Positions 35,405 to 38,762 of a stretch of 38,762 nucleotides of DNA are shown one piece after another; positions within the stretch are counted from its first letter, which is position 1; the number at the start of each line of letters is the position of its first letter. A program made the translations under genes and the position numbers. The DNA comes from Actinomycetota bacterium. GTDB taxonomy: Bacteria > Actinomycetota > UBA4738 > HRBIN12. The DNA lies in NCBI GenBank assembly GCA_005885035.1, contig VAXZ01000115.1, positions 1 to 38,762 on the forward strand, given 5' to 3'. The notes below the pieces were generated by a model. That model was not told the DNA's origin. It saw only the letters and a program-made list of their open reading frames with translations, and did no database searches.

Positions 35405-36520
35405 ATGGCCCGCGCGGCGACCCTCACCGACGAACAGGTGCGCCGAGCGAGGACCGCTGCACAGCTCCTGCACCGGCCCGGTAGACGCTCCGTGGCCGAC
35501 CTCGTGTCCCATCTGACCGGTGTGCAGGCGCAGGTCCTCTCGGCCGCGAGCCTGGCGCTCCGAGCGCGCCGGGCGGGGCTCGCCGCGGCGGCCGTCGACC
35601 GCGCACGGGTCCGCGACCGCTCGATCGTGCTGTGCTGGGCGATGCGTGGCACGCTCCATCTGATCACTGCCGACGATCACGCGTGGCTGGTGCCGCTCGT
35701 GATCGAGCGACGGATCGCCAACGCCCACCGGCGTCTCCGCCAGGAGGGCGTCGGCGGGGACCAACCGAAGAAGGCGCTCCGAGCGATCGAGCGGATGCTC
35801 GATCGCGAGGGCCCGCTCCGGCGAGCGGAGATCGAGGAGCGGCTCCGGCGCCAGGGGATCCGCACCGAGGGCCAAGCGATCGCCCACCTCGTCTGGCTCG
35901 CTGCCGCAGAGGGCACGATCTGCTATGGGCCCGACCGTGATGGAGAGCGGTGCTTCGTGCTCGTCCGCGACTGGCTCGGGGGAGCGGCGACGGCGATGGA
36001 ACCGGGGTCCGCGCTCCACGAGCTCGTCGTGCGCTACCTGGGCGCGCACGCCCCCGCGGAGCCGGCGGACCTCACGACGTGGTCGGGGATCGCCCTCGCC
36101 GATGCGCGCCGCGGTTGGCGGGACGTCGAGGACCGCCTGGTCGAGGTTCCGACGGAGCGCGGGCCGCGGTGGGCGCTCCGGAGCGCGATCCCGCCGACCC
36201 CGGAGGAGGTGGTCAGGCTGCTACCCGCCTTCGACGAGTACCTGCTCGGGTGGAAGGACCGGAAGCTGATCGCGCCCGCCTCAGGCTGGAAGATGATCCA
36301 GCGCGGCGGAGGCTGGTTGCACCCGGTGGTCCTTCTCGACGGAAGGGCCGTGGGGACATGGACATCGGAGCGCACGGCCGACGGGCTCCGTGTGGACGTG
36401 AGCCCCTTCGGACCGTTGGCTCCTGCGCTCCGTCGCCGCATCGAGGAGGAGGCGCGAGACATCGGCAGGTTCCTGAAGGCCGAGATCAGGACGTCCTACC
36501 CGAAGAGGTCGGCGAGGTAA
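35405..36520 (+). CDS. AlkZ/YcaQ-like winged-helix DNA glycosylase (HTH_42)
   Basis: GVQAQ (QxQ), WAMRGTLH, LLPAFDEYLLG, DGRAVGTW. Confidence 0.85.
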   Translation: MARAATLTDEQVRRARTAAQLLHRPGRRSVADLVSHLTGVQAQVLSAASLALRARRAGLAAAAVDRARVRDRSIVLCWAMRGTLHLITADDHAWLVPLVIERRIANAHRRLRQEGVGGDQPKKALRAIERMLDREGPLRRAEIEERLRRQGIRTEGQAIAHLVWLAAAEGTICYGPDRDGERCFVLVRDWLGGAATAMEPGSALHELVVRYLGAHAPAEPADLTTWSGIALADARRGWRDVEDRLVEVPTERGPRWALRSAIPPTPEEVVRLLPAFDEYLLGWKDRKLIAPASGWKMIQRGGGWLHPVVLLDGRAVGTWTSERTADGLRVDVSPFGPLAPALRRRIEEEARDIGRFLKAEIRTSYPKRSAR

Positions 36521-38409
36521 GCGTCGACCCCGGCAGACCCGGTGACGGGGGCGAGGAGGTCGTCGCGGACGTCGACGACCGGCCCACTCGCATCCAGGTG
36601 GGCGCGTACCTCCTCGGGATCGAGGAACCGCGACACCAGGCCGTACATATGGACGTCGTCGCGGGGCTTCTGCCGACGGTAGTAGCGCTGGGGGTACGAG
36701 ATCGTCAGGGCGTTGCGCGCACGGGTGAGGGCGACGTACAGGAGCCGACGCTCCTCCTCGAGCTCCTCGTCGTCACCGGCCGCCATGTCGCTCGGGATGT
36801 TGCCGTCGGACGCGTGGATCACGTGGACGACGTCCCACTCCAGGCCCTTCGCGGAGTGGATCGTGGACAGGATCAGGTAGTCCTCGTCCAACAGCGGCGC
36901 CCCGGCGAGGTCCGCCGTGGAGGCGGGCGGATCCAGGGTGAGCTCGGCGAGGAACCGGCCCCGTGACTCGTATCCGCGGGCGAGGTGCGTGAGCTGTTCG
37001 AGGTCGGCGGATCGGGAACCCGGCGAGTCGTACTTCCGGGCGATCACGGGCTCGAGGTACGCCCGGAGCCGTTCCAGCTGCGCGGCGGGGGCCATCGAGG
37101 CTTCGTCCCGGCAGCCGTCGAGTGCCGATCGGAGCTCGCGGATCCCATCGCCGGCGCCCTTCGGGACCGCGACCGGCTCCTCGAGGAAGTGGCGCAACGG
37201 CATGGACGGGTCGTCGGATCCGAGGAGACCCAGATCGTTCATCACGTTCCGCGCCGCCGTCGGTCCGATCCCCTCGGGGAGCTGGAGCACGCGGAACCAC
37301 TCCAGGCGATCGGAATGGTGCGCTGCGCGGAAGAGGACGGCCTGTTCCTTCAGCGGCACCCCGCGTTCGCGGTGCTCCAGGACCGATCGGCAGACGGCCT
37401 CGGCCTCGTCGGCATCGTCCACGCATGCGCACAGCGCGGGACGCTCGCCGTCGGTGCGCTCGGTCCAGAGGGACTTGTCGTGACGTTCCGCGGCGAGCGA
37501 GATCACCGCGTTCGACAACCGGAGGATCGCCGTGGTCGAGCGGTAGTTCCGTTCGAGCTTCACGACGGTGGCGCCGGGGAACCGGTCCGGGAAGTCCAGG
37601 ATGTTCCGGACGGTCGCGGCGCGGAACCCGTAGATCGCCTGGGCGTCGTCGCCCACCACCGTTAGGTTGCGGTCCGTCCCGCCGTGTCGCATGGCCGCGA
37701 GGATGTCTGCCTGGATCGCGTTCGTGTCCTGGTACTCATCCACGAGGACGTGGTCGAACAGCTGCGCGAGCTGCGATCCGGCGACCGGTGACGCCGCGAG
37801 CGCCTTCCAGAACAGGAGCAGGTCGTCGTAGTCGAGCGTCTGTTGGGCGCGCTTGCGCTCGACGTACGCGCGGAAGATCAGGCGGATCCCGTCCACGTCG
37901 TCGACGCACCACGGGTACCACCGTTGGACGACGTCGTCGAGCTTGACCCCCGCGTTGACGACGCGCGAATGGATCGCGGCGAGCGTGTCCTTCCGCGGGA
38001 AGCGCCGGCCGCGCGCCGCGAACCCGAGCTCTTCCCGCAGGAGGTTCATCACGTCTGCACCGTCGGCCTGATCGAGGACGGTGAACGCGGGGGACAGGCC
38101 GAGCGCGCGGCCGTTGATCCGCAGGAGCCGGTTCGCGACCGCGTGGAAGGTCCCGCCCCAGACGCGACCCGCGTCGGCGCGCCCGGTCATGCGCTGCGCC
38201 CGGTCGACGAGGTCCTTCGCCGCGCGCCGGCTGTAGGTGAGCAAGAGGATCCGTTCCGGCGGGACCGCGCGCTCGGTGACGAGCCAGGCCACCCGAGCGG
38301 CGAGCGTCGTCGTCTTCCCGGTGCCGGCGCCCGCCACGATCAGCAGTGGCCCGTCGCCGTGCGTCGCTGCCGCCCGCTGTTCCGGGTTCAGCTCACCCGT
38401 GTCGAACAT
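36496..38409 (-). CDS. UvrD/Rep-family ATP-dependent helicase (apparent internal deletion)
   Basis: AGAGTGKT, DEYQD, VGDDAQAIY, NYRST, TIHSAKGLEW, YVALTRA; start ATG 38409. Confidence 0.9.
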   Translation of the reverse strand: MFDTGELNPEQRAAATHGDGPLLIVAGAGTGKTTTLAARVAWLVTERAVPPERILLLTYSRRAAKDLVDRAQRMTGRADAGRVWGGTFHAVANRLLRINGRALGLSPAFTVLDQADGADVMNLLREELGFAARGRRFPRKDTLAAIHSRVVNAGVKLDDVVQRWYPWCVDDVDGIRLIFRAYVERKRAQQTLDYDDLLLFWKALAASPVAGSQLAQLFDHVLVDEYQDTNAIQADILAAMRHGGTDRNLTVVGDDAQAIYGFRAATVRNILDFPDRFPGATVVKLERNYRSTTAILRLSNAVISLAAERHDKSLWTERTDGERPALCACVDDADEAEAVCRSVLEHRERGVPLKEQAVLFRAAHHSDRLEWFRVLQLPEGIGPTAARNVMNDLGLLGSDDPSMPLRHFLEEPVAVPKGAGDGIRELRSALDGCRDEASMAPAAQLERLRAYLEPVIARKYDSPGSRSADLEQLTHLARGYESRGRFLAELTLDPPASTADLAGAPLLDEDYLILSTIHSAKGLEWDVVHVIHASDGNIPSDMAAGDDEELEEERRLLYVALTRARNALTISYPQRYYRRQKPRDDVHMYGLVSRFLDPEEVRAHLDASGPVVDVRDDLLAPVTGSAGVDAYLADLFG

Positions 38410-38425
38410 GTGTTCGAGGAGTATA
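38402..38425 (-). promoter_or_regulatory. LexA SOS box overlapping helicase start, plus -10 element
   Basis: TCGAAC-ATGT-GTTCGA (38402-38417) matches the actinobacterial TCGAAC-N4-GTTCGA consensus; TATACT at 38425-38420. Confidence 0.88.
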
Positions 38426-38459
38426 GGACCCACGGGGGCGCTGAGGAAGGACCGGTCGG

Positions 38460-38762
38460 TCAGGCGGTGCGGAGGGCGCGGGCGGCCGCCGCCCGGTCGA
38501 ACCCGAGCTGTTCGGCACGCCGAAGGTAGGCGGCGGCCGCCCGCGCCAACGCCTCGTCGGGCGCGGCCGGGCGCTCGGGAAGTACGTCGCCGACGAACGT
38601 CCCCGCCCGGCCGCGCCCGACGATCCAACCTTCGTCCTCGAGCGCGCGGTAGGCACGGGCAACGGTGTTCGGCGACAATCCGAGCTGATCGGCGCAGACC
38701 CGGACCGGGGGGATCCGGTCGCCCGGAAGCAGCGAGCCGCGCCGGATCAGCGACGCGACTTG
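38460..38762 (-). CDS. GntR family regulator (YtrA-like), 5' end outside window
   Basis: LLPGDRIPPVRVCADQLGLSPNTVARAYRALEDEGWIVGRGRAGTFV; short C-terminal tail. Confidence 0.88.
   Translation of the reverse strand, partial: QVASLIRRGSLLPGDRIPPVRVCADQLGLSPNTVARAYRALEDEGWIVGRGRAGTFVGDVLPERPAAPDEALARAAAAYLRRAEQLGFDRAAAARALRTA

Overview
High-GC (about 70%) chromosomal segment of an Actinomycetota bacterium, probably outside the well-studied Actinomycetia (inference from a HisA-type rather than PriA-type isomerase, a single Pkn kinase, tandem-domain ThyX and a bactofilin). It is mostly core genome: cysH (partial), a class III cyclase, a DapA-family lyase, aceA, a collapsed his operon, thyX, the fhaA-fhaB-pstP-rodA-pbpA-pknB cluster, tRNA-Leu(CAG), an ABC exporter, DUF4446-bactofilin-serS, a multi-PAS protein, tRNA-Ser(TGA), a GNAT, a BTAD/TPR regulator with a divergent FAD oxidase, a GAF sensor plus receiver, hemE-hemG-hemQ, ppk2, HAD, an AlkZ-like glycosylase, an SOS-boxed UvrD-like helicase and a partial GntR. 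I saw no CRISPR array, IS element, integrase or phage gene. The most interesting signals are not in the ORF track. (1) A complete Cys-Cys-Cys leader peptide/antiterminator/terminator attenuator lies upstream of cysH. (2) A structured leader precedes isocitrate lyase, with a putative leaderless 11-aa ORF, a 16-bp palindrome and a terminator. (3) The his operon is reduced to hisD and hisA, joined by a 33-aa apparent HisC/HisH fusion ORF that keeps both ATGA overlaps. (4) Further apparent in-frame deletions occur in thyX, the helicase and possibly the GAF sensor; these may be biology or assembly artefact. All family calls come from motif recognition by eye, not from searches.
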